Source: Cyanobacteria bacterium auto_48_18 (lineage in GTDB: Bacteria > Cyanobacteriota > Vampirovibrionia > Obscuribacterales > Obscuribacteraceae). From it: 64,000 nucleotides of DNA. The notes under the pieces are model-generated. The model made no database searches and was not told where the DNA came from. It saw only the letters and a list, made by a program, of their open reading frames with translations. Both the position numbers and the translations under genes were made by a program. Of this stretch, positions 9,113 through 19,434 are shown one piece after another. The first letter of the stretch is position 1. The number at the start of each line of letters is the position of its first letter. The stretch lies in the NCBI GenBank assembly GCA_036170915.1, contig JAVHQC010000008.1:25465-89464 (forward strand). The letters are read 5' to 3'.

Positions 9113-11053
9113 ATGACCATGCAATATGACGTTGTAGTAATCGGTGGCGGTCATGCCGGCTGTGAAGCGGCTAATGCCAGCGCGCGCATGGGTTTAAGCA
9201 CCCTGCTTCTGGCGGTCAATCTTGACACTATTGGCGCCATGCCTTGCAATCCGGCTGTGGGCGGCCCGGGCAAAACTCATCTGGCCCGCGAAGTGGACGC
9301 CCTGGGCGGCGTCATGGGCGTGGCCACCGATGCTACTTATTTACAAATACGCATGCTCAACTCCAGCCGCGGGCCGGCGGTGCAGTCTTTGCGGGCTCAA
9401 TCAGACAAGCGCGAATATTCCGCCTGGATGAAAGAATACATGGAATCGCTGCCCAATCTCACTTTGAGACAGGGAATGGTGCAGAATTTGCTCTTAACGG
9501 ACGGCAAGGTGTCAGGCATTGAACTTGCTTTTGGCGATCGCATTAACTGCCGTGCCGCTGTGCTTTGCGCCGGTACATTTTTGGAAGGCACAATCTGGAT
9601 TGGCAAAGAGACAATGCCTGCCGGTCGCGCCGGTGAATTTCCAGCGGTGGGGCTTTCGGGTTTTCTACGCGCTCTAGGATTCACTACAGCCAGGCTCAAG
9701 ACTGGCACTCCGCCTCGCATTGACGGCCGCACCATTGATTACAGTCAGTTACCGGTAGTGCCCGGCGACGATCAACTGCAGTTCTTTTCTTTCCTCGATA
9801 ATCGGCCCGTGCTGCCGCAGATTCCCTGCCATCAAACTCGCACTAATGAAAGAACTCACGAACTGATTCGTGCTAACTTGCACCAATCTCCCATGTATTC
9901 CGGCATGATTCACGGCGTGGGGCCTCGTTATTGCCCGTCTATCGAAGACAAAGTGGTGCGCTTTGCCGACAAAGACAGCCACTCGCTTTTTCTTGAACCT
10001 GAGGGCCGCTCTACCTACGAAGTCTACTTGCAGGGCTGTTCTACCAGCCTGCCCGTGGCTGTGCAACATGATATTGTGCACTCTTTGCCTGGTCTCGAAA
10101 ATGCTTCCATGGTGCGGCCGGCCTACGCTGTGGAATACGATTATTTGCCCGCCATTCAGTTCAATCACGCTCTCATGGCTAAAGATTTGCCCGGATTTTT
10201 CGCTGCCGGCCAGATTCTTGGTACTTCTGGCTACGAAGAAGCTGCCGCTCAGGGCATCATGGCTGGTATCAACGCCGCCCTTTATGCTCTTGATAAAGAA
10301 GCTTTCGAACTGCCGCGTTCGAGCAGTTATACGGGCACTTTAATTGATGATCTGGTAACCAAAGAAATCGGCGAACCCTATCGCATGATGACTTCGCGTT
10401 CTGAATATAGATTGCTTCTGCGCCAAGATAATGCCGACATGCGGTTGACCCCTCTAGGGCGGCAAATTGGCATGGTAGACGACCATCGCTGGCGGCTCTT
10501 TGAGCACAAGCAAGAAGCCATTGGCGCTGAGATGAAAAGGCTCAAGACTGTGCGCATTCACCCAAATGTCAGTTGGGAGGCAGCTCTTGCCCCTTATGAC
10601 GAAACCATGAAACAATCTGCCACCTTAGAAGAATTGCTGCGCAGGCCCAAGCTACCGTACAGTGTGATTGAGAAGCTGGCTCCAGCTCAAGATCCTGGCG
10701 TAAGCGAGAGCAAGCCGTTTGAATTTCCCCTCGAAGTTGAAACTGATATTAAATACGCTGGTTATATTGAACGTCAGCGGCTGCTCATTGCCCAGACTGA
10801 AAAGCTCGACGGCTTCAAGCTTTCGCCCGACTTCAACTATCTGGCGGCAGACCACCTGTCTAAAGAGGCACGCGAAAAACTCAATCGCATTCGACCCACC
10901 ACTCTTGGGCAAGCCTCGCGCATAGGTGGTGTGAGCCCAGCTGATATTTCTGTGCTTATGGTTATGCTAGAGCAAAAATGTCGCGCTGACAGTGGACGTA
11001 CTGACAACGGACGTACTGAAAACGGACGCACCAAGGCTGGCGCTTCTGTTTAA
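9113..11053 (+). CDS. mnmG: tRNA uridine-5-carboxymethylaminomethyl(34) synthesis enzyme MnmG (GidA)
   Basis: VIGGGHAGCEAA, MPCNPAVGG, RLKTGTPPR, GPRYCPSIEDK, GYEEAAAQG, EPYRMMTSRSEYRL and LGQASRI.GV.PAD. Confidence 0.98.
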   Translation: MTMQYDVVVIGGGHAGCEAANASARMGLSTLLLAVNLDTIGAMPCNPAVGGPGKTHLAREVDALGGVMGVATDATYLQIRMLNSSRGPAVQSLRAQSDKREYSAWMKEYMESLPNLTLRQGMVQNLLLTDGKVSGIELAFGDRINCRAAVLCAGTFLEGTIWIGKETMPAGRAGEFPAVGLSGFLRALGFTTARLKTGTPPRIDGRTIDYSQLPVVPGDDQLQFFSFLDNRPVLPQIPCHQTRTNERTHELIRANLHQSPMYSGMIHGVGPRYCPSIEDKVVRFADKDSHSLFLEPEGRSTYEVYLQGCSTSLPVAVQHDIVHSLPGLENASMVRPAYAVEYDYLPAIQFNHALMAKDLPGFFAAGQILGTSGYEEAAAQGIMAGINAALYALDKEAFELPRSSSYTGTLIDDLVTKEIGEPYRMMTSRSEYRLLLRQDNADMRLTPLGRQIGMVDDHRWRLFEHKQEAIGAEMKRLKTVRIHPNVSWEAALAPYDETMKQSATLEELLRRPKLPYSVIEKLAPAQDPGVSESKPFEFPLEVETDIKYAGYIERQRLLIAQTEKLDGFKLSPDFNYLAADHLSKEAREKLNRIRPTTLGQASRIGGVSPADISVLMVMLEQKCRADSGRTDNGRTENGRTKAGASV

Positions 11054-12020
11054 GAGGTCTCCGCCGAAGTATTTACACGACGCGCCGCTAGCGGCCGTAA
11101 TTTTGTTGCCACTATATCTGGTATCGCTGCTTGCTCCCGCTCAAGCGCAGCCGGCCGACATTTTTAAATTGACTGGCGGCATTACTCATAGCGAAAAACT
11201 TGAACCCATGCCTGAGCATGAGCGTATTGGCAGTTCCGCCAGTCAAAATGCTGCGGCCGCCGCTAGCTCAGTGCCGCCAGCGTCGATTAATTATCCGCCA
11301 GTTAATTCCCGAGCCAATACGCAGGCAAGTTCTCACGCCAACTCCCACGCCAATACGGGTCTTCACTCGACAGGTTCGGCAGGCTCCGTGCGCACTCCGG
11401 CGCTTCCGCAACTCAATCCAATCTACGCCACTCCCCACATCGATCCCTGGCAGGGACAGTATAAAAATCGTCTGCGCCAGCTTGCTCAGCAGAATGTACA
11501 TGCCACAAGCGGTGGCGCCAGACGCAATCAAAAAGTGCAGATTAAAGTGCCACTGTGGTTGGCCGGCCAGTGGCAGCGCACTGAAACAAATGAAATTTCG
11601 CGCAAAGATCTTCCCACTGGTAAGGCTCTTAAGCCAGTAGGCAAGCAGGTCGCCATCGTCACCGATAATTTTGGTTTGTTCAAGGATAGACGCGGCAATG
11701 TTTTCATGATCGTACCGCTCGGGGCTGTGGGAGCCATTGACCGCGGCTTTGCCGTAGATTATCACCAGGTGAAAAAATACGATCTGGTTTTATTGGGCAA
11801 GAATTCTGCTCTGGTAAAAGTGCAAGCTACTCACCGGGTAGTGGACAAGAAAGAGCAAAAAGTAATAGCCGCCTATCAGGATGAAGAGCTAACTACTTAC
11901 ACCCTGGTGCGCGATGGGCTGGTAAAGAATGAAAGTTCGGTCAAAGTTTTCGACCAAATGGGCCAGCCGAAATTACTCACACGCGCGGTTTCTGTGGAAC
12001 GCCGGGTAAAGAGAATATGA
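10992..12020 (+). CDS. Hypothetical exported protein (start uncertain, probably downstream of the mnmG stop)
   Basis: Long ORF with a hydrophobic signal-like stretch (AAVILLPLYLVSLLAPAQA), a low-complexity linker and a beta-rich C-terminal domain. Its stop overlaps the next start (ATGA). Confidence 0.65.
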   Translation: MDVLTTDVLKTDAPRLALLFKRSPPKYLHDAPLAAVILLPLYLVSLLAPAQAQPADIFKLTGGITHSEKLEPMPEHERIGSSASQNAAAAASSVPPASINYPPVNSRANTQASSHANSHANTGLHSTGSAGSVRTPALPQLNPIYATPHIDPWQGQYKNRLRQLAQQNVHATSGGARRNQKVQIKVPLWLAGQWQRTETNEISRKDLPTGKALKPVGKQVAIVTDNFGLFKDRRGNVFMIVPLGAVGAIDRGFAVDYHQVKKYDLVLLGKNSALVKVQATHRVVDKKEQKVIAAYQDEELTTYTLVRDGLVKNESSVKVFDQMGQPKLLTRAVSVERRVKRI

Positions 12021-12670
12021 CCACTGCTGCAAGCACCGCTATTTTGAGGCTGGAGAATAATTTGACAGCTGAACTGACAGGGTTAGAGGCCTTAGATTTT
12101 TGCCTTGATGGCTGGACGTTGACTCACTCTGATGAGCACCGCCGGCAGTGGATGCGCGACGCCGAAGGCGATTTGCACGCCAGCTGTTTGATGCTGATTC
12201 ATCAGGCAGAGCCGCTGGAAGGACTTGACCTTGCTGACTATGTGGCAGTACGACAGGCGGTGCTGGCTATCGCTCAGCAGGCGGATCAAACTCTGGTCAG
12301 CCTCGAAATCTTAAAGGCCGCGGGGCAGCCTGCCCTGTGGTACATACTCAAACAGAAGCAATCGGGCAGCGGCAATGTTTATTCAGGCTGCATGCTTTTA
12401 CCTTTAAGCGAAAGCTTCTACACAATGCAGATAGTTTGCCTCGAAACCGGCATCACAGGCATTCGCGAAGCGATCATCATGGATCGTTTGATCGCTAAAG
12501 GCATAGCTATTAAAGATCTCTCCGAAGGGCAAAATAGCGAGGACGGCACCGCTAAGGCGCGTTATAGTTCTGACGCTGATAGCCATGACAGCCAATTTCC
12601 TAATCACCCACTTTCACGGGTACGCCGCTATTTCGCTGAAATTATTGGCGCCATGACACTAAAGAAATAG
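12017..12670 (+). CDS. Hypothetical protein
   Basis: 217-aa ORF coupled to the upstream gene. Conserved-looking motifs ETGITGIREA and D.QFPNHPLSRVR. Confidence 0.7.
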   Translation: MTTAASTAILRLENNLTAELTGLEALDFCLDGWTLTHSDEHRRQWMRDAEGDLHASCLMLIHQAEPLEGLDLADYVAVRQAVLAIAQQADQTLVSLEILKAAGQPALWYILKQKQSGSGNVYSGCMLLPLSESFYTMQIVCLETGITGIREAIIMDRLIAKGIAIKDLSEGQNSEDGTAKARYSSDADSHDSQFPNHPLSRVRRYFAEIIGAMTLKK

Positions 12671-12699
12671 AGACTCAAGCATAAGCGTGAGTCTCTATT
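12666..12699. terminator. Hairpin between convergent genes (probable bidirectional terminator)
   Basis: AATAGAGACTCA / TGAGTCTCTATT form a perfect 12-bp stem. Confidence 0.6.
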
Positions 12700-12720
12700 A
12701 ATTGCTTCAGCTGCGACCTT

Positions 12721-13632
12721 TTAGCTGGCGCGCAGCAGGTCGCCCTGCTTTTTGCTGGCATCGCCGGCGGTGCTTACTGCTTCGATGGAATCAACCACAG
12801 CCACTGACTTTGCATTAAGCAAACTGGCTGGAGAATAGATTTGATTGATGGCAGGCAAACTTTCCGTATATTCGCGGGCAGCTTGCATCATGCGCTCGTG
12901 CGAAACCACATTCATCCGTGTGATCATTCCCACTTTGTGCATAGCCACCATTACCCACCACGACAGGTCTAGTTCGTACCAGGCCATGCCGCTTTTTGCA
13001 GAGCCGGGAGCGGCGTGATGGTTGTTATGCCAACCTTCGCCCATGGCCAGCAGTCCAACCCACCAGACATTGACGCTATCGTCTTCAGCAGCGTAGGTCT
13101 TGTAGCCATATTCGGGCAAGTGGCAAAAAACATTGAGCATCAATGGAATTTGTTGTACAGCCAAACCAGCCAGCAGACTGGCTAGAGCTGGAACCCAGCC
13201 GAAGGCGAGCAAGATCGCGCCGCGATAAACCAGATTCAAAACATATGAGAGAGTGTGCGCCCGGCGCCAGTTGCCGCCCTGTTCGAGAAATGCGTAAATG
13301 GGATCATCAATCAGATCTTTAGACTGCAATTTAGGGTCAATATGAGGAGCATATTCCATTTTTGCCAACCAACCCAGGTGAGCGTATTTAACGTCAAACC
13401 GCGGGGAGTGAGGGTCAAGCGGCGTATCTACATGATGGTGATGAGCGCGGTGCATCGTGCTCCACCAGATAGGTGATCCTTCAAAGGCCAAATATCCGGG
13501 GAAAACCCAGAGATATTCCACCCATTTGGGGCAGGTGTACGACCTGTGTGAGAGTCCTCGGTGGTAGCCGATGGTGATGCCCATGGCGTGCCAGACGTAG
13601 AAAGCGACAAATAACAAAATGAATTCGATCAA
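12721..13632 (-). CDS. Delta-9 fatty acid (acyl-CoA/acyl-lipid) desaturase
   Basis: His boxes GYHRGLSH, HRAHH and GEGWHNNHH, plus DPHSP and TM segments. Confidence 0.93.
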   Translation of the reverse strand: MIEFILLFVAFYVWHAMGITIGYHRGLSHRSYTCPKWVEYLWVFPGYLAFEGSPIWWSTMHRAHHHHVDTPLDPHSPRFDVKYAHLGWLAKMEYAPHIDPKLQSKDLIDDPIYAFLEQGGNWRRAHTLSYVLNLVYRGAILLAFGWVPALASLLAGLAVQQIPLMLNVFCHLPEYGYKTYAAEDDSVNVWWVGLLAMGEGWHNNHHAAPGSAKSGMAWYELDLSWWVMVAMHKVGMITRMNVVSHERMMQAAREYTESLPAINQIYSPASLLNAKSVAVVDSIEAVSTAGDASKKQGDLLRAS

Positions 13633-13718
13633 GATATTTCCCTCAGAGCAGACCTTTGTTTGCCACTATTGCTGGTGGCGCGTCCAGGCCTCTTAGTCAA
13701 CCGACAGGAGATCAGAGA

Positions 13719-14312
13719 TCACCTGTATAAAGCCGATTCAGGCCGTCCTCTGCGGATGTCCTGACTCTTTTCAGACTGCTCAACGAATTTGTCAACCCAC
13801 TGGTCAGTCATTAGCAGATCCATAAACTGCTCAAGTGTTTCCGGCACTTCAGCTACCTGAAGCACTCTGCGACCATCGTCGTCGGGCCCTGGATATTGGT
13901 TCCAGACCAGGCGGTCCAGTTCCATGCCCTTGCGATTATAAAAGCCCAGGAGAGCCAGCCCAACCTCTTTCGAGACGGTGGCTTTATCCTTGACCTGCCA
14001 ATCCCGGAGAATCGTCCTGCCGATTCCCAATGAATAATAAGCGCGCTCTTTTTCATATTTTGGTTCATCTATGAAAAAGGCCCACGTGGTTTCATCCACA
14101 TTGTCAATATGGGGCTCGCATCTAATTTGAAACAGGCGACCAGTGCTCGACGTCTGAGCCGTTGGACCAAAACCTGAACTCATCAAATGTATTTCTAAAA
14201 CCCGCAGTACATGGGCATTAAAGCTCAAACCCTTGTTCTCTGCTTGAAGCTGCAAACGTTTACGGTACTCTTCTGGAATACGCAGGCTTATATTGGTTGT
14301 TTTTTCAGCCAT
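13719..14312 (-). CDS. Ribbon-helix-helix (Arc-like) DNA-binding protein with an uncharacterised C-terminal domain
   Basis: N-terminus TNISLRIPEEYRKRLQLQAENKGLSFNAHVLRVLE matches the RHH strand-helix-helix pattern. Confidence 0.75.
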   Translation of the reverse strand: MAEKTTNISLRIPEEYRKRLQLQAENKGLSFNAHVLRVLEIHLMSSGFGPTAQTSSTGRLFQIRCEPHIDNVDETTWAFFIDEPKYEKERAYYSLGIGRTILRDWQVKDKATVSKEVGLALLGFYNRKGMELDRLVWNQYPGPDDDGRRVLQVAEVPETLEQFMDLLMTDQWVDKFVEQSEKSQDIRRGRPESALYR

Positions 14313-14362
14313 TTTGTAGTGCCGTGAGTACTGTTTGTAGTTGCGTGATTACAATTTGTAGT
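14313..14362. promoter_or_regulatory. Three 21-bp-periodic direct repeats abutting the RHH start codon (putative operator)
   Basis: TTTGTAGT at 14313, 14334 and 14355. Units TTTGTAGTGCCGTGAGTACTG and TTTGTAGTTGCGTGATTACAA. Confidence 0.65.
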
Positions 14363-14498
14363 TACTAAACTATCCTAACACCTTGTGAAGGCATATAAGA
14401 GGTTCGTAACGAGAGATTGCTGTTTTCAACTGCATTTAGCCCAGAAACCCTGATTTCACGGGCAATTTGCCGTGCTGAATGGGGTCCTGGGGTTTGCT

Positions 14499-14534
14499 AC
14501 TATGCCATCAACCGTTAACGGTTGAAAGCATAGT
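14499..14534. repeat. Dispersed palindrome family copy (36 bp, 2 mismatched pairs)
   Basis: ACTATGCCATCAACCGTT|AACGGTTGAAAGCATAGT. Confidence 0.9.
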
Positions 14535-14569
14535 CACACCAATGCTGAGCGGGGTCCGCCAGATTTAAT

Positions 14570-16458
14570 ATGCGCTTGCACAAATTAATAGAGAAATGGC
14601 ACTTTTCGCGCCTTAATCTGGCTGCGTTTACACTCACTTGTCTTCTTCTGCTCAACTCTTGCTCAACAGTAGTAAAGAACAATTCAGCCGACTCTCCGTT
14701 GAAAAATTCGCCCAGTTTCTATTTGCGCTCTCACGCATCTGATCTAGTGAACTGGCAACTCTGGCGACCCGAAGCTTTTGCACTGGCAAAAAAACAAGAT
14801 AAGCCAATTTTATTGTCGATCGGATTTTCAGCGTGCCACTGGTGTCATGTTATGCAAAAGCAATCGTTCAATGATGCCGAAACCGCAGAATATATGAATC
14901 AGCATTTCGTCAATATTCTGCTTGATCGTGAAGAGTATCCCGACGTCGATTTGAAATACGCTGGCCAACTTGAGGCTCTATCGGTGCGCGTGGGCTGGCC
15001 GATGTCCATTTTTTAAATCCGGATGATACCGCATTTCATGCCGGAACTTATTTCCCGCCAGGAGTTACGAAAAGCCCAGGTTCATTTCGCTCTGTAATGG
15101 CAAAAGTTGTGAAACTTTGGCAGCAAGAGCGCCCGATAGTGGACAAGGCGGCCGCTGTTGTAGCTAGTGCCACACTTAATTCGACGGGCGTTGCAAGTGG
15201 CACCGCTTTAAGTTACGCCAACCTTGATTTTGCCGTCAGTAGACTAATGGACCGTGTTGACTCAAAGTATGGTGGACTCGAGCAATCGCGAAAGTATCCG
15301 GTTCCGTGGGTTCTCGGTTTGTTCCAACGCCAATCCGAACGCCGCTCCGAGCGCCAATCCGAGCGCCAATCCCAGGGTCACTCCCAGGGTCGATCTGGCC
15401 CGGCGGTTGTAGCGCGAAATTTTGTTGCCACCACGCTTGATGCCATGGCTATGCGGCAAATTTGCGATCAGGTTGGCGGTGGCTTTTTCCGTTATGCAAC
15501 AAATGAGCAGTGGCGGAGTCCGCATTTTGAGAAAATGCTTAGTGACAATGCCTTAATTGCAGCTATCTACATGCAGGTCGGCACCTCGCAGAAGAATAGT
15601 TTTTGGTTGGCCACAGGCCGGAAGACGGTCGATTTCATTCTGGCCGAACTGTGTCTTGCCGATGGTACTTTTGCCGGTAGTATCGATGCTGATACTATAG
15701 AAGGCGAAGGGATGTTTTACACGTACAGTACGGCAGAGGCGCGCGCCGCTCTGCCTGCACAGTGCGTAGACAGGTTTATTTCTTTTAGCAACTTTACTGA
15801 CGTAGATGGCTTAGATGCTTTGGAGAAGTTTCGCACATCGCGTACTCGGCCGCACCGCGATGACCGTGTGATTGCGGCTTGGAATGGGATGGCAATCTCA
15901 GCATTGATTGAGGCGCATAAAGCTGGCTTGCAGTCAAATCAATTCGATAGTGAGCGATATTTGAATAAACGTTATTTGCCCGCTGCGCAAAAAGCCTGTC
16001 ATAGCCTTCTGCGTAAACTATATGCTCAGGACATTCTTCATCATGCAGAGGGTTCTGGCGCAGTTGCATACCTCGATGATTATGCTTTTGTCGAAAAAGC
16101 ACTGCTCGACTTGTATACAGTAGATCATGATTTGCATTGGTTGAAGCTAGCGGAGCAAATGAATGCTACTGTTTTATCTGAATATTTCCACAGTGCTACT
16201 AACTCTTTTAGCTATACGAAACTGTCTCAAAATAATTTATTGTCAGCCACCACTGACGGTACCGTGCCGTCTGGGGCAGCCGCTGCAATTGAAAACATAA
16301 TTCGCTTGGTCAGGCTAAAGCGCGATGAAGGCTCAAAGCGGCAACTGTTGCTGGCTCGGAGCGTTTTGCAAACATGCTCCGGAGCCATGCAAGCCGAGCC
16401 GCAAAGATATGCCTCCATGCTCGTTGCTCTTGAATCTTTGCTACAAGCAGAACGTTAG
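14570..16458 (+). pseudogene. YyaL/SSP411 thioredoxin-domain protein split by a 1-nt frameshift (or sequencing error)
   Basis: ORF1 has SPSFYLRSHA, LSIGFSACHWCHVM and DREEYPDVD...GWPMSIF*. One extra T in the T6 run (15009-15014) restores ...IFLNPDDTAFHAGTYFPP in frame with ORF2 (GGGFFRYA, PHFEKMLSDNA, EGMFYT, YLDDYAF). Confidence 0.85.
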
Positions 16459-18357
16459 TTATTTGCCTTTTTTTGCTGTATTTTGGTTTTCGAGTTTGCT
16501 TGCCTGATTAATGGGTTCAGTTACTGGCTCGGCTACTGGCGCTGTTACTGGCTTGGCTACTGGCTCGGGTTTTTCAGCGGTTTTGACTGCTTGTTTTTTG
16601 CTCAGCTGAAAAGCTATCGCGTGATTCTTTAACCAATCGGAAAGAGTATTGAGCAAGTTATTGCTAAACTGATCCTGCTCGAAAAGCAGATGCTGAGAGC
16701 GTCCGATTAGCGTCAGATCTTTATCCAGCGTTCCGATGCGACGGAATAGACTGATTGTGCCCTCTGGTTTGATCAGCAAATCGTGAACCCCTTGATACAT
16801 CATCACCGGAGTTTGAGTAATCTTGCTGGCACTTTCACGATTGTGTGCCAGAAATTTACTGACAGCAATGAACTCGTCAGGTGTGGCCGACATGCGGCTC
16901 TCGGGATCTTCCATAAGTTCTTGCTTCAGAGCTTCGTTTGTGGTGGCACGATTTAATACGGTAGGAGCTGCATCAATCGTATCCTTGTTGCCAAAAAGTT
17001 TGTGCAGACCTATTTCTGATACCAGCTTGAACTGGCGATAACGTCTTGATGAGGGAACGGCTGCAACCAGCCCGTCTACAAGGTCTGGATTGGCTGCAGT
17101 GAATTGCAGCGCAATTGAGCCGCCCATAGATTCACCGAGGACGAAAATTGGTAAATTAGGATTGTCTTGACGAAGTGCACCAATAGCCGCCTTTAGATCG
17201 TCCATAGTTTTTTCCAGATCAATTCGATCTCGTGCTTTCAGTGTGGTGTTGGAACCAAAACCACGTACGTCGTATGCGTAAACGCTGTAACCTTCTTGCG
17301 CCAGTTTTTGACCGAGGCCGGCAAAAGAAGTGCGGTGCAGGCCAAATCCGGGAATGCAAACAACAATGCCGCGTGTCTCTATGTCTGGATTAATCCATTG
17401 CATGCCGGCGGGCTGTTGCATCACCGTGCGTTTTCTTTGCCAGGGCAATTCGGGCGCGGCGACGCTATCTGCATTGGTGGTGGCCGGCTCTAAATGCGCT
17501 TTCTTGTGTGTATAACGGGGCTCTAAATTATCAGGTTCTGGCATTCTGGTGCGCGTGCCGATGGTGCGCTCCGTTAATTTTGTTGCTAGTGATTCGTTAT
17601 CATATTTCGATTTGCCGGCTAATTCTTTTAACAGCCTGTCTCGGTCAGCTGAGCGAAAATTCCACACTGAACGGTCAAAGCAGATTTTGGCTTTTTCTTT
17701 GACACCCAGTGCGTCATAAACATCTGCGAGTACTCGCAACGACCAACCATACTGAACAGACAGGGGCCCGTAAGTGTGGCGATCGCGCCAGGCCATTTCT
17801 TCATAGATGGGCAGCGCTTCTTCTATTTGTTTGTTGTTGAAATAGCTGGCGGCGAGACCTTCCAGGCTACGCATAAAAATATCGTATGAGCCGTCTTTTT
17901 CTTCTGCCAGAGCCAGTGACTGTTTAAAATAATTGATGCTTTGTGGATATTTTTCCTCTTCATAACAGACATCGCCGAGAGAACAGAGCAGCTCTGCTTT
18001 TAACTGTTTGTCGGTGCCTGTTTTTTCGAAAAGTTTGTAGGCCTGTTTGTAATGTTGCAGTGCTTTTGTATACCTGCTGTTCTGGTAGGCGGATGCTCCG
18101 GCGCCGGTTTCGGCCAGTATTTTTTCGGCAGCAGTCAGGACCTGATTGCTCGTAATGTTGTTAAATTCGTCGTATGCCTGGTTATAGTGCTCTTTTTGAT
18201 AATTTTCCAGGGCAGGTTTAAAAGCAGGGTCGAAGGCTCTCAATTCGTTGGCTGCAGCTTTGCCATGGCACAAAATAAGGCTAGCGGCGGCTATCAGACA
18301 ATTTCTCTTAAAATAGGTAGTAATCACTGGCGCTCGTTTGATGATGAAGAAAGGCAT
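16459..18357 (-). CDS. Exported TPR-repeat + alpha/beta hydrolase (lysophospholipase-like) fusion
   Basis: Signal peptide and TPR helices. YDVRGFG, nucleophile GESMGG, G.HDLLI and QHLL. Pro-rich 12-bp repeat tail. Confidence 0.85.
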   Translation of the reverse strand: MPFFIIKRAPVITTYFKRNCLIAAASLILCHGKAAANELRAFDPAFKPALENYQKEHYNQAYDEFNNITSNQVLTAAEKILAETGAGASAYQNSRYTKALQHYKQAYKLFEKTGTDKQLKAELLCSLGDVCYEEEKYPQSINYFKQSLALAEEKDGSYDIFMRSLEGLAASYFNNKQIEEALPIYEEMAWRDRHTYGPLSVQYGWSLRVLADVYDALGVKEKAKICFDRSVWNFRSADRDRLLKELAGKSKYDNESLATKLTERTIGTRTRMPEPDNLEPRYTHKKAHLEPATTNADSVAAPELPWQRKRTVMQQPAGMQWINPDIETRGIVVCIPGFGLHRTSFAGLGQKLAQEGYSVYAYDVRGFGSNTTLKARDRIDLEKTMDDLKAAIGALRQDNPNLPIFVLGESMGGSIALQFTAANPDLVDGLVAAVPSSRRYRQFKLVSEIGLHKLFGNKDTIDAAPTVLNRATTNEALKQELMEDPESRMSATPDEFIAVSKFLAHNRESASKITQTPVMMYQGVHDLLIKPEGTISLFRRIGTLDKDLTLIGRSQHLLFEQDQFSNNLLNTLSDWLKNHAIAFQLSKKQAVKTAEKPEPVAKPVTAPVAEPVTEPINQASKLENQNTAKKGK

Positions 18358-18443
18358 GATTTATGGTGTTGTGGTCGATGCGAAGTCGCCTTTCATAGTA
18401 GGATACTGTAGCATCATGCCGCAACATCACTGAAGGGAAGTCA

Positions 18444-19145
18444 ATGTCTTATAAAAATGCCCAGCAACGCCTGGCTAGTTTGCTTCTTGCTCCTTATTTT
18501 GTGGCCGCTGCTGCACTGAACCTGTGCCAAGCGCTACCGGCGCAAGCGGAACCTGGCCTGGCATTTGATGGCGATCACGACGTTGTGATTCTGCCTAAAT
18601 GCGACGTAGCCATTCGTTTCAACAATAAAACTTTCGTACCGGTGAAAACCAAGCTGCTTGATGCTTCGGCTCCGGCTTTTCTAAAAATTGCCCCAGACCA
18701 GTCTATAAGAATTTGGGAAGACTATGAATCTGCCAAGATGGCGGCGGCTCCTGAACAAATTTTGGTGCAGGCATATGACGTGGGCAAAGTCGGAGCATTT
18801 AGTCCCAGCCGTTTCAACAAAGATTTTGTTGCGGCAAATAGAGTGCGTGAAGTGCAGTTTACTAATGAACGTGTCGCCAAAGAAACGGGTCTTTCAGAGA
18901 GCTCCTTTTCTGGTATTACCGCCGTCAAATCCTTTGAAGTGGCGCCGAAGAGTGGTGAAACACCATACTATCTCTATGCCATACAAACCCCAGAACATCT
19001 GACCTTATTTGCCCGCAAAATGCGCGCCACCAGCCGCACCTTCGATCTCGATCCTGCTGTAATTGTCACCCAGATTAGAGTGCGCGGCACAAAAGACTGC
19101 ATTGGCAACGTCAAACTGGAAGAGCCTGCTAGCGTCACTCAATAA
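18444..19145 (+). CDS. Hypothetical exported protein
   Basis: 233-aa ORF with a signal peptide ending ALPAQA; GGGAAG RBS. Confidence 0.7.
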   Translation: MSYKNAQQRLASLLLAPYFVAAAALNLCQALPAQAEPGLAFDGDHDVVILPKCDVAIRFNNKTFVPVKTKLLDASAPAFLKIAPDQSIRIWEDYESAKMAAAPEQILVQAYDVGKVGAFSPSRFNKDFVAANRVREVQFTNERVAKETGLSESSFSGITAVKSFEVAPKSGETPYYLYAIQTPEHLTLFARKMRATSRTFDLDPAVIVTQIRVRGTKDCIGNVKLEEPASVTQ

Positions 19146-19434
19146 TTGAATTTGACTGAAGGCCAGGCCAAATGTTAAGTAACTCGGTTAAGTGATTGGC
19201 ATAGTCATAAAAATGCGCGGCAGTCATAGTCGATTGCCTACACGGCGCTGTTTAACTTGCTTCTTGGTCAGCAGGAATACTAAGTTGAAAGTCTAACTTC
19301 TCAACTTAATTTTTCGCGGACTCATTCACTTCAAAAGAAATACGCAAAAGACTCTTGCTCTATCACTTGTTTCTCAGATGAGATTTGAGTAGCAACGCTT
19401 TTGCTGATTTCATTTAACTATAAACTCAAAATGT

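Noticed and set aside
17779..17786. Cyanobacterial HIP1 (GCGATCGC) enrichment
   Set aside because: I noticed only about two copies (here and near 58246), which is compatible with chance.
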